In this document: piece after piece, positions 9,393-17,386 of the stretch
How positions within the stretch are numbered: position 1 is the stretch's first letter
Layout: the number at the start of each line of letters is the position of its first letter
DNA from: an uncultured Anaerolinea sp.
GTDB taxonomy: Bacteria > Chloroflexota > Anaerolineae > Anaerolineales > Villigracilaceae
Direction of reading: 5' to 3'
Assembly: GCA_964494055.1 (NCBI GenBank)
Contig: CAZBRI010000001.1
Coordinates: 1 to 29,809 of the forward strand
Length of the DNA: 29,809 nucleotides
Program-made: the position numbers and the translations under genes
Notes under the pieces: model-generated
Databases searched by the model: none
What the model saw: only the letters and a program-made list of their open reading frames with translations
What the model was told of the DNA's origin: nothing

Positions 9393-10037
9393 ATGAATAA
9401 ACTTGATGTATTGGAAAAAGTTAAAGAATTAGGTTTGCTGGCAGTTATCAGGGGTCCATCACCGGAACTAACAGTAAAAATGGTTGAAGCCCTGGTCAAT
9501 GGCGGTGTATTAGGGATCGAAATCACTTACAGTACCCCGAATGCTGAGGAAGTTGTGACAACTCTCTCAAAAAAATTTGGGGACAGTATCGTGCTTGGCA
9601 TGGGAACATTAACAAGTCCCAGCCAAGTACAAACAGCCCGGGCTGCCGGCGCAAATTTTTTAGTCAGCCCAATCTGTGAACCAACACTTGTTAAAGCAAT
9701 GGCAGAAAGCGGTTTGCTCTGTATGGCAGGAAGCCTGACACCGACCGAGGTTTTTCAGGCGTACACTCTTGGTGCCGATGTTGTTAAGATATTTCCGGGG
9801 TCACTCGGTGGTCCGGCTTATGTAAAAGCTCTCAAGGGTCCATTCCCCCAGATCCCTATGATGCCAACCGGTGGTGTGAATGCCGGCAATATGGCTGAAT
9901 GGTTCGCCACCGGGGTTGTAGCGGTAGGTGCTGGCAGTGAATTATGTCCGCCGCAGCTTGCCAAAGATGGAAAATTCGATGAAATATCCAAACGGGCTGC
10001 TGATTTTGTGCAGGTCGTTAATGCTTCCAGGAAATAA
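9393..10037 (+). CDS. eda: KDPG/KHG aldolase family (2-keto-3-deoxy-phosphogluconate aldolase-like)
   Basis: Motifs LAVIR, IEIT (catalytic Glu), GMGT, VKIFP (Schiff-base Lys) and MPTGGV. Confidence 0.9.
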   Translation: MNKLDVLEKVKELGLLAVIRGPSPELTVKMVEALVNGGVLGIEITYSTPNAEEVVTTLSKKFGDSIVLGMGTLTSPSQVQTARAAGANFLVSPICEPTLVKAMAESGLLCMAGSLTPTEVFQAYTLGADVVKIFPGSLGGPAYVKALKGPFPQIPMMPTGGVNAGNMAEWFATGVVAVGAGSELCPPQLAKDGKFDEISKRAADFVQVVNASRK

Positions 10038-10051
10038 TAAAAGGAGTAAAA

Positions 10052-11029
10052 ATGAACAGCAGTATGAACGTTACCAGCCCGCATTATCCAATCGTCACAA
10101 AAAATGTCCCTACATTTTATTTCATCGGCGTAACGACCGGGAAATCATCGATCATGAAAGTCTTTCCACTATGGATGAAAGTCCTCGGCCGTGAAGAAGT
10201 TATCATGGAAGGTATGGATCGAAAAATTCATGATGAAAGAGATGCTTATAGAAGTGCCGTTGCACAGATCAAGTACGACCCGATGTCATTAGGTGCACTG
10301 GTTACCACCCACAAAATTGATTTATTAACTGCTTCCAGGGATATGTTTGATTATCTTGATCCCTATGCCCTCCTTACCGATGAGGTTTCAAGCATTTCGA
10401 AACTGGATGGCAGGCTCGAAGGACATGCAAAAGACCCGCTTACATCAGGTGCCAGCCTGGATGCGATTATTGAAAAAGACTATTTTGGTAAAACAAACGG
10501 GGATGTATTATCTTTTGGGGCGGGGGGTTCTGCCATCGCCACCCTGCTGCATTTGATCAACAAAAAAGACAAAGGCGACCGCCCAAAAAAGTTTACACTC
10601 GTCAATCGCTCACAGGGGCGTTTGGATCACGCCCGCAGCATGGTTAGTTCTTTGAAAACAGACATTGAAATTGAATATATCTGCAATTCAGATCCCAAAG
10701 TTAATGACGCCATCATGGAAAAATTCCCGCCATACAGTGTGATTATCAATGCAACAGGCATGGGGAAAGATACCCCTGGATCCCCGATCACCTGGGAAGG
10801 AAAATTCCCGATGCACAGCCTCTCATGGGAATTTAATTACCGTGGAGAACTTGATTACCTTCATCAATCACTCGCCCAGGTGGAAAGCCGGAATATTAAA
10901 GTCGAAGATGGCTGGTTATACTTTGTCCATGGTTGGACACAGGTTGTAGCTCAGGTACTGCACGTTGACCTGACACCTGAATTATTTGATAAATTAAACC
11001 AGGCAGCTTCCACCGTACGCGGTAAATAA
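10052..11029 (+). CDS. Divergent shikimate-dehydrogenase-fold NAD(P) oxidoreductase
   Basis: Motifs VTTHK (cf. AroE VTxPxK), GHAKD (cf. GxNTD), FGAGGSA, VNRS and INATGMG. Confidence 0.75.
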   Translation: MNSSMNVTSPHYPIVTKNVPTFYFIGVTTGKSSIMKVFPLWMKVLGREEVIMEGMDRKIHDERDAYRSAVAQIKYDPMSLGALVTTHKIDLLTASRDMFDYLDPYALLTDEVSSISKLDGRLEGHAKDPLTSGASLDAIIEKDYFGKTNGDVLSFGAGGSAIATLLHLINKKDKGDRPKKFTLVNRSQGRLDHARSMVSSLKTDIEIEYICNSDPKVNDAIMEKFPPYSVIINATGMGKDTPGSPITWEGKFPMHSLSWEFNYRGELDYLHQSLAQVESRNIKVEDGWLYFVHGWTQVVAQVLHVDLTPELFDKLNQAASTVRGK

Positions 11030-11052
11030 ATTATATTCTTTCAAAGAATATC

Positions 11053-11089
11053 AAATGAACACATTGTTATTTCTGCAATGTGTTCATTT
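11053..11089. terminator. Bidirectional intrinsic terminator between convergent genes
   Basis: Perfect 14-bp inverted repeat AAATGAACACATTG / CAATGTGTTCATTT with a 9-nt loop. It overlaps the stop codon of the minus-strand gene. Confidence 0.7.
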
Positions 11090-12451
11090 TATTAACCGGG
11101 CAGATGCATGATCAATAATGTTCCAGATTTGCTCGACCCAGTCTTTATGTTCTGGTTTCATTAATACCGACCGCATACAAGTAATGGTTTCTTCATCCTG
11201 CTCCATATCACCTGGCAAGTCAAAGAGACTTATGGGAAGGTTTGCCAGCGCCAGGTAAAGGTGCTCTTTTTCTGCTTCTTCAAACAGTTTTTTCGCCAGT
11301 TCAGATGCAGCACTAACTTTTTTCGCCCGAAATATCCAGATGATGATGTCTAATTCCGGATTAAATGCTGTAATAAAACGCTTGTCCAGGTATAACTTAT
11401 TCCATAAAATCAAAGCCGCTTCCCGTCCGGCTTCCAAACCTTTGGCAAATTCTCCTCCCTTAACCAAAGGAAGCAGCTTTTGGGTTGCCCACAATCCAAC
11501 TGCAGCAGCCCCTGGACGTGAGCACTCAAGACTGATCTCTCCAAGATGTAATTCTGACGAACTGAAATAAGTGTACGGGGAATTGTGTTTATAAAAACGA
11601 CCAACAGATGGATCTTTAAATAAGATACACCCGCAACCATATGGCTGCAATCCATGTTTATGTGGATCAACGACGATTGAATCAGCCTCATGAATATGTT
11701 CATATATTTCCGCTGTTTGGGCACTCAGATTACCGGCCAATTTAAAATAACCACCATAAGCTGAATCAACGTGAATTCTGAAACCGTATTTTTTACGCAA
11801 TTTTAGAATATCGAGAAGCGGATCAATTGATCCGGTTGCTGTTGTACCTATTGTGACGACGACAGTTCCAATCCCGCCTCTCTCGAGTCGATTTTGAAGG
11901 GCATTCAAGTCCATCCTGCCGAGCCTGTCACTCGCGATAGATTCATAATTTAGTTTCAAGACAGAACTGATCCGGCTGTGTGTGTAGTGAGCCTGGTCTG
12001 AAGCCAGCACAATACCATCAGGATTGATCTTTCCTGCAACCCATAAAGCTTCGAGGTTTGCCATTGTTCCGCCGCCAGTTAAGTGGCCCAGGTATGTATC
12101 CCAGCCAAACATGCCGGCAATTTCCCGGACTGCTTCTTTTTCCATTTGAGAACTGGCTTTACCGCCATCCAGTGCATGGTTGTTTGGATTGATCCACATG
12201 GCAAGCATATAAGCAAGGCGGGCTGCTGGATGAGGCGGTTTGAGCATCTGCCCTGCATACAACGGATGAAAGTAAGGATAATTATCCTGAAGCCGTTGAG
12301 CAGTTTCAAGCAAAACACTTTCCAGCTGATTGTTTATGGGGTTTTTTTCGGCAGGCTGAAGATAAGAAAAACCCGAATCCATTTTTTCAATTGCTTTTCT
12401 TAGTATATCCAGCGTCTCAAGATCTAAATTGGAGAATGATTGATTATTCAT
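11084..12451 (-). CDS. Group II PLP-dependent decarboxylase (GAD/TDC/aspartate-1-decarboxylase family)
   Basis: Motifs GGTMANLEAL, HYTH, GTTATGSID, HVDSAYGG and DPHKH (PLP Lys). Confidence 0.9.
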   Translation of the reverse strand: MNNQSFSNLDLETLDILRKAIEKMDSGFSYLQPAEKNPINNQLESVLLETAQRLQDNYPYFHPLYAGQMLKPPHPAARLAYMLAMWINPNNHALDGGKASSQMEKEAVREIAGMFGWDTYLGHLTGGGTMANLEALWVAGKINPDGIVLASDQAHYTHSRISSVLKLNYESIASDRLGRMDLNALQNRLERGGIGTVVVTIGTTATGSIDPLLDILKLRKKYGFRIHVDSAYGGYFKLAGNLSAQTAEIYEHIHEADSIVVDPHKHGLQPYGCGCILFKDPSVGRFYKHNSPYTYFSSSELHLGEISLECSRPGAAAVGLWATQKLLPLVKGGEFAKGLEAGREAALILWNKLYLDKRFITAFNPELDIIIWIFRAKKVSAASELAKKLFEEAEKEHLYLALANLPISLFDLPGDMEQDEETITCMRSVLMKPEHKDWVEQIWNIIDHASARLIK

Positions 12452-12514
12452 TTTTATTCCTGGTAAATAGATTTATTCAAACCTGCTCAATTTATGTTTA
12501 CTTCACAAAGAGAA

Positions 12515-13507
12515 TTACCCCGGGTACCATACAACACGCGGATCATCAGCTGACCGTTTGTATTCCCAGGACTCGTCTATCATCCTTTTCAGGTCATATT
12601 CCGGACGCCATCCTAAAAGAAATTTAGCCTTTGTATTATCCAGCCAGGTGGAATGAAACGGCGTTTTTATATCAACAAGCGGCAGACCCCGGCTGACAGC
12701 CAGGTATTCACCAAGTTTCCTATAATCAACCGGTTCATCCATACATATATTAAATAACTGCTGATGAGCTTTCGGATTCCCCAGCGCCAACAGGATCGCA
12801 CTAACCAGGTCATTCACATGAATAAAATTTCTTTTTACCGGTTTACTGTCTGGATCGAGCATGATCGGGATAGTTGAACTCCGTTGGTAAGCAGCTGCCT
12901 GTTCAGGACCAACCAGGTCTCGCCAGCGCGGACCTCCAAAAACATCATCTCCAAAAGACAATTGATATTTAAAATCATCTTTCTCCATGATCCATGGGGC
13001 TCTCAAGCAGCAGCCATTCAAATTATATTGAATATAATACTGCTCCAACATGACCTCTTCCAGCACTTTTGATAGTGCGTAACAACCCGGGTAGGCAGAA
13101 TGCTTTTGGGTTTCAGTGACCGGGATGGCATGTGGATAAACAAAATGACCCACTCCTGCGTCGCCGCCAATCAGGATAAACTGTTGAAAAGCGGGACTTG
13201 TTCGGCAGGTTTCAAGCAGCCAGAACAGGCCTTTGACAGCAACATCCATTATTTGATCCGGGGTATCTTTACAGGTAGCAAGGTGAACAACATGGGTCAC
13301 CCCATCCATGGCAGTTTCAACTGTCTGACGGTCTTCAATTGACCCCCGGACAATCTCCAAACGGGCATTTCCTTTCAAAACTCGGTGATGGCACAAAGCT
13401 CGAATCTGGAATTTATCAAAATTATGATCATCCAGCAGCCTATTTATTAAAGTCTGCCCGACTTTTCCGGCAGCGCCGGTAATTAATATTCGATCTTGAA
13501 GAGACAT
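12515..13507 (-). CDS. Extended SDR, NAD-dependent epimerase/dehydratase family
   Basis: Motifs ITGAAGKVG, HLA, YALSK (YxxxK) and IHVNDL. ATG at 13507 with GGAG RBS. Confidence 0.87.
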   Translation of the reverse strand: MSLQDRILITGAAGKVGQTLINRLLDDHNFDKFQIRALCHHRVLKGNARLEIVRGSIEDRQTVETAMDGVTHVVHLATCKDTPDQIMDVAVKGLFWLLETCRTSPAFQQFILIGGDAGVGHFVYPHAIPVTETQKHSAYPGCYALSKVLEEVMLEQYYIQYNLNGCCLRAPWIMEKDDFKYQLSFGDDVFGGPRWRDLVGPEQAAAYQRSSTIPIMLDPDSKPVKRNFIHVNDLVSAILLALGNPKAHQQLFNICMDEPVDYRKLGEYLAVSRGLPLVDIKTPFHSTWLDNTKAKFLLGWRPEYDLKRMIDESWEYKRSADDPRVVWYPG

Positions 13508-13680
13508 TTTTACTCCAAAAATTTCACAACTCAAATAAGGCTTTAAGCCGCACTATTAACGGTAAACCCGTCTAATTGTATTCCAAAGTTGCTAAAAACC
13601 CCCTTGGTGCCAGGAAACACTTATTTGATTTTCCAGTTTTTTGAATAAGTTCAAATTTTTATATCTTAACACTAATAACA

Positions 13681-13716
13681 AATAGACCCTGCCATAGCAC
13701 ATTGACAGGGTCTATT
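13681..13716 (-). terminator. Intrinsic terminator downstream of the deoC-like/FGGY operon
   Basis: Inverted repeat AATAGACCCTG / CAGGGTCTATT, extendable with G-U pairs on the minus strand and followed by a U-rich tract, about 25 nt past the stop at 13741. Confidence 0.65.
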
Positions 13717-13740
13717 AATCAAAAAGTTTTTGCATCCAAT

Positions 13741-15285
13741 TTATGGATTTGTTTGAATACTTTTTAATAGATCACCGATCTCAGCCAAATAATTTCCTGC
13801 TTTCAGAAAAACAGGCATAATTTTTTCGTAGATTGCCACATTTTCCTGGATAGGATCCGTAAAATCTTCTACTTCATGTATTTCATCAATAATTTCGAAA
13901 TCCTTCCAATATCCTGTACCCACTGCAGCCAGGGCAGCTGCTCCAAGCGCTGCTGCCTGTTGGTCTATATTTGTTTTGATAATTCGAAGTTTAAATAGGT
14001 CTGCATAAATTTGCCTCCATAGTTTGCTGCGGCTCCCGCCGCCTACAACCACGATCTCATCGGTAACAGGCATCTTTTTCCTTAACTCATCAAGGGCTAT
14101 CCGCATCTCCATCGCGACACCTTCCATGGCTGCCCGGATCAAATCTGATCTTTTAGTACCAAGATCCAACCCCAAAAACGCACCCCGGATATTAATGCTG
14201 GCATCAATCGATGAACCTCCAGCCAGGCTGGGGTTAAAGAGGATCCCGTTTGAACCAACAGGTTCTGTGGAAGCTAGTGATGTCATCAAATCATATACGT
14301 CCATTCCATCCTTATTGGCTTGTTCAACAAGATCAGCACACACCTGGTCACGCAGCCAGCGGAAACTCGACCCTGAAGAAAAAACCGGGATTGCTGAATT
14401 AAACAGTCCCGGGATAACCGCTGTAAAAACAAACGGTTTAAAGTGATCATCCAATATGGGTGATTTTGTTGTCACCGCAATCCAGCTTGAGGATCCCTGA
14501 GAATTATAAATTCTGCCGTCTTTGATGTTCCGGGCACCCAGGGCCATGCAGGAATTATCTACACCCCCAGCCGCAACTTTGACATTGGTGTGCAGTCCAA
14601 GCTCCCGGGCTGCTGAAGCTGTTAATGTACCGATTATTTCAGAGGATGGTTTAATTTCCGGGAAGATTTCCCTTGGTAGACCGGAAGCGCTGATCAATTG
14701 ATCAGAATAATCCCACTTCAGAAGATCATAAACACCTGATCCGGAAGCATAAGAAAAATCCGTACAGGTACTTCCAGTCAATCGATAATTTATATAATCT
14801 TTGGTTCCGATCACGCTATGGATCTTTTTAAACATCTCGGGTTCATTATCCCGGTACCACATGATCTTAAAAACCGAATAAAGCGGGGCTGGAAAACCAT
14901 TACCTGTCAGGTTGTACCACTCCCTTTCCGAAATGTTTTTGAACATAGCCTGTGCCTGAACGACCGCACGGGAATCAGACCAGATGGGTGAACTCTCCCT
15001 TAATAATTTCCCGTTTTTATCAAGCGGGATTACTCCCAGGCTGTGACCCGATATCCCTAACCCAACAATATCATTAACATCGATCTTTGATTTTTGGAGA
15101 AGTCCCCGGGTGCTTTCAACCACAGCCGTCCACCAATCTTCAGGATACTGTTCATGCCAGCCAGGCCGGGTATAGTGTGTTGCATACGGGACAAATGTTT
15201 CAGCAGCGCACCTGCCGTCTTCAGAATAAAGTGATGCCTTGTTGCCGCCAGTACCCAGATCAAATGCAATAAAAAAACGTCCCAT
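13741..15285 (-). CDS. FGGY family carbohydrate kinase (xylulokinase-like), second paralogue
   Basis: Motifs FDLGTGG, WSDSR, FSYASGS, GGVDNS and GGGSRS. ATG at 15285 with GGAG RBS. Confidence 0.9.
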   Translation of the reverse strand: MGRFFIAFDLGTGGNKASLYSEDGRCAAETFVPYATHYTRPGWHEQYPEDWWTAVVESTRGLLQKSKIDVNDIVGLGISGHSLGVIPLDKNGKLLRESSPIWSDSRAVVQAQAMFKNISEREWYNLTGNGFPAPLYSVFKIMWYRDNEPEMFKKIHSVIGTKDYINYRLTGSTCTDFSYASGSGVYDLLKWDYSDQLISASGLPREIFPEIKPSSEIIGTLTASAARELGLHTNVKVAAGGVDNSCMALGARNIKDGRIYNSQGSSSWIAVTTKSPILDDHFKPFVFTAVIPGLFNSAIPVFSSGSSFRWLRDQVCADLVEQANKDGMDVYDLMTSLASTEPVGSNGILFNPSLAGGSSIDASINIRGAFLGLDLGTKRSDLIRAAMEGVAMEMRIALDELRKKMPVTDEIVVVGGGSRSKLWRQIYADLFKLRIIKTNIDQQAAALGAAALAAVGTGYWKDFEIIDEIHEVEDFTDPIQENVAIYEKIMPVFLKAGNYLAEIGDLLKSIQTNP

Positions 15286-15307
15286 ATTAGTTCTCCAAAT
15301 TGAAAAT

Positions 15308-16006
15308 CTAAAATTCTGTGAAACCACCGGGAAATTCAGAACATTCTTGTAATATCAGTGAGGCAGAACGTATACCAATTCCAAAACGCCTTGCACCTCT
15401 GCGGTACATTTCCAGTATCGTATCAAGACTTCTTACACCGCCGGAAGCTTTTATCAAAGCCGAATCTCCGATAATAGATTTTATTAAACTCACATTTTCC
15501 AGGGTAGCACCAGTCGGGGTATATCCGGTTCCAGTTTTAATAAAAGCTGCCCCGGCCTTTACAGCCAATTCACTTCCCAACCTTATTTGATCGTTATTCA
15601 AATAATGGCATTCCAGTATAACTTTAACTGGTCTGCCCTCCGCCGCATCAATGACGGCCTTTATGTCATCAAAGACATATTTTTCATCACCCGAAATTAA
15701 TTTCCCAATACTGATCACCATATCCAGCTCATCACATTCCAGCTGAACAAGTTCCCGGGCTTCTGCAGACTTAATCCTGGTAGTTTGTCCCCCGCTTGGG
15801 AAGCCAACATTTCCAGAAATTTTTATCCCGGGTGTCTCTTTTAATAATTCTTTCGCATAATTTGTTTGACTAGGCAGGGTTGTTACCAGGAAGCAGTGAT
15901 GCTGCATCGCAACCCTGACAGTCTCTTGAATAATGTTATCGCTGTGATCAGGTTGAACAGCACTAAGATCGATCATCTGTGCAATGTCGTAATAAGTCAA
16001 TTTCAT
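15308..16006 (-). CDS. deoC: Deoxyribose-phosphate aldolase (DeoC) family class I aldolase
   Basis: Motifs VGFPSG, ELDMVI, VKVILE, IKTGTG (Schiff-base Lys) and IKASGGVR. ATG at 16006 with AAAGGTG RBS. Confidence 0.88.
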   Translation of the reverse strand: MKLTYYDIAQMIDLSAVQPDHSDNIIQETVRVAMQHHCFLVTTLPSQTNYAKELLKETPGIKISGNVGFPSGGQTTRIKSAEARELVQLECDELDMVISIGKLISGDEKYVFDDIKAVIDAAEGRPVKVILECHYLNNDQIRLGSELAVKAGAAFIKTGTGYTPTGATLENVSLIKSIIGDSALIKASGGVRSLDTILEMYRRGARRFGIGIRSASLILQECSEFPGGFTEF

Positions 16007-16162
16007 GGGTTCACCTTTTATTATGGAAACAACCTTTTTTTGTTGAAGAAAATTCCCCAACAGCAAAAAACTTATCTCCTGAAAATTTTCCAATATTGAA
16101 ATACCAATTCTTGGATTACTTGATATTCTATTTTTCCTAATAAATCTGGTAGCTTAGCGCTA

Positions 16163-16191
16163 TTGCTATATAACGATCTATTAATTATAAT
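16163..16191 (+). promoter_or_regulatory. sigma70-type promoter of the 16385-20176 operon (TTGCTA-17-TATAAT)
   Basis: TTGCTA at 16163-16168 and TATAAT at 16186-16191. Confidence 0.6.
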
Positions 16192-16195
16192 AAGT

Positions 16196-16213
16196 TGTAA
16201 TTACAGGATTACA
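16196..16213. promoter_or_regulatory. Putative GntR operator, copy 3 (TGTAATTACAGGATTACA)
   Basis: Contains the perfect palindrome TGTAATTACA. Near-identical to the motifs at 2105 and 2299. Confidence 0.7.
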
Positions 16214-16220
16214 GTATTAT

Positions 16221-16249
16221 ATTATAACTTTTCATTTTTCATTGATCAA
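16221..16249 (-). promoter_or_regulatory. sigma70-type promoter of the deoC-like/FGGY operon (TTGATC-17-TATAAT)
   Basis: On the minus strand, TTGATC at 16249-16244 and TATAAT at 16226-16221. Confidence 0.55.
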
Positions 16250-16384
16250 AACTTACTGAAATCAAATTTGAATTTATTTTGTTGGTTTTTTTATAAATTT
16301 CACTGGGCTTCAAAACATCACTGCTTAGATTTTCCAGGAAATTTATTTGTTTTCATTCCATAAATAAAAAGGAAGAAATATAAA

Positions 16385-17356
16385 ATGAAAATCGGTTTAT
16401 TTACAGCAACATACATGGACAAAAGTATTGAGGATGTATGTCAATATGCTTCCAGCCTTGGTTATGAAGCAGTTGAAATTCCTGCATTTGCTAATAATCC
16501 TCACCTTGACATCGAAGCGATAATCAAAGGTGAAAACGCTAAAAACTTGAAAAAGATGGTCAACAGCCATGGTTTGATCATTTCGGCACTTGCAAATCAT
16601 CCAGAAGGTCAGGTGGTCGGCGGGCCTTATGGAAAAGATACCGATTTTATTTGCACTGGAACGAAAGAAGAAAAAATTAAATTTGGCACTGAAAGAATGA
16701 TTAAAACTGCTCAAGCTGCCAACGCCCTGGAGGTGCCGGTTGTCACTGGCTTTGTCGGTGTTGAAAACTTTGGACGTTTCTTTCCGTGGCCTTACTCAAA
16801 AGGCTGGACAGAAATGGAAATTGATTTTGTGGAGAATTGGGGAAAGATCCTTGATAAATTCGCAGAATACGGTGTCAAATTTGCTCATGAGCCTCATCCA
16901 AATGAATTGATCTACAATACAGAAACCGCTGTCAAGAGTATTGAGTTATTGGGCGGGCGCAAAGAATGGGGTTTCAATTTCGATCCGGCCAACTTGATTT
17001 ACCTCGGTATAGATGTTGAAAATTTTATCGACACACTTGGTAAACGAATTTTTCACGTGCATGCCAAAGATGGCGAAATCGTTTCTCACAACGTCAAACG
17101 TTCAGGCACTATCCCGCAGGGTGATTGGCAGCGCCTGGACAGGGGATTCCGTTTCAGGATTCCTGGCTGGGGTTCTGTCCCGTGGAAGAAAGTTATTACT
17201 GAACTGTCAATGATCGGCTACAACTATGTCATGAGTTACGAACACGAAGACGTAACCATGAGCCGGCAAGACGGCATCACCAAAACGATTGCCTACCTCA
17301 AACCCTTGATGATTGAGCAGCCTTATGAAGGCAGAAACGACGTTCTTTTCAATTAG
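16385..17356 (+). CDS. Sugar phosphate isomerase/epimerase family TIM-barrel protein (IolE/IolH-like)
   Basis: Metal-ligand motifs AHEPHP, NFDPAN, HVHAKD and SYEHED, plus FRIPGWGSVPW. Confidence 0.87.
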   Translation: MKIGLFTATYMDKSIEDVCQYASSLGYEAVEIPAFANNPHLDIEAIIKGENAKNLKKMVNSHGLIISALANHPEGQVVGGPYGKDTDFICTGTKEEKIKFGTERMIKTAQAANALEVPVVTGFVGVENFGRFFPWPYSKGWTEMEIDFVENWGKILDKFAEYGVKFAHEPHPNELIYNTETAVKSIELLGGRKEWGFNFDPANLIYLGIDVENFIDTLGKRIFHVHAKDGEIVSHNVKRSGTIPQGDWQRLDRGFRFRIPGWGSVPWKKVITELSMIGYNYVMSYEHEDVTMSRQDGITKTIAYLKPLMIEQPYEGRNDVLFN

Positions 17357-17386
17357 TAAGTCTATTTTATTCCCGGGAGAATTTCC

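Noticed and set aside
10052-11029. Annotation as housekeeping aroE
   Set aside because: The shikimate-binding motifs are altered and no aro genes are adjacent. It sits at the end of a catabolic operon.
15308-16093. Long N-terminal extensions in the ORF track (starts at 16093, 15327, 13534, 21978, 27644, 3140, 1104)
   Set aside because: Downstream starts have clear SD sequences and match the family N-termini. The extensions read through RBS or intergenic sequence.
4729-17356. Canonical myo-inositol (iol) pathway
   Set aside because: IolG-like and IolE/H-like folds are present, but IolD (TPP hydrolase), IolB, IolC (PfkB kinase), IolJ and IolA are not.
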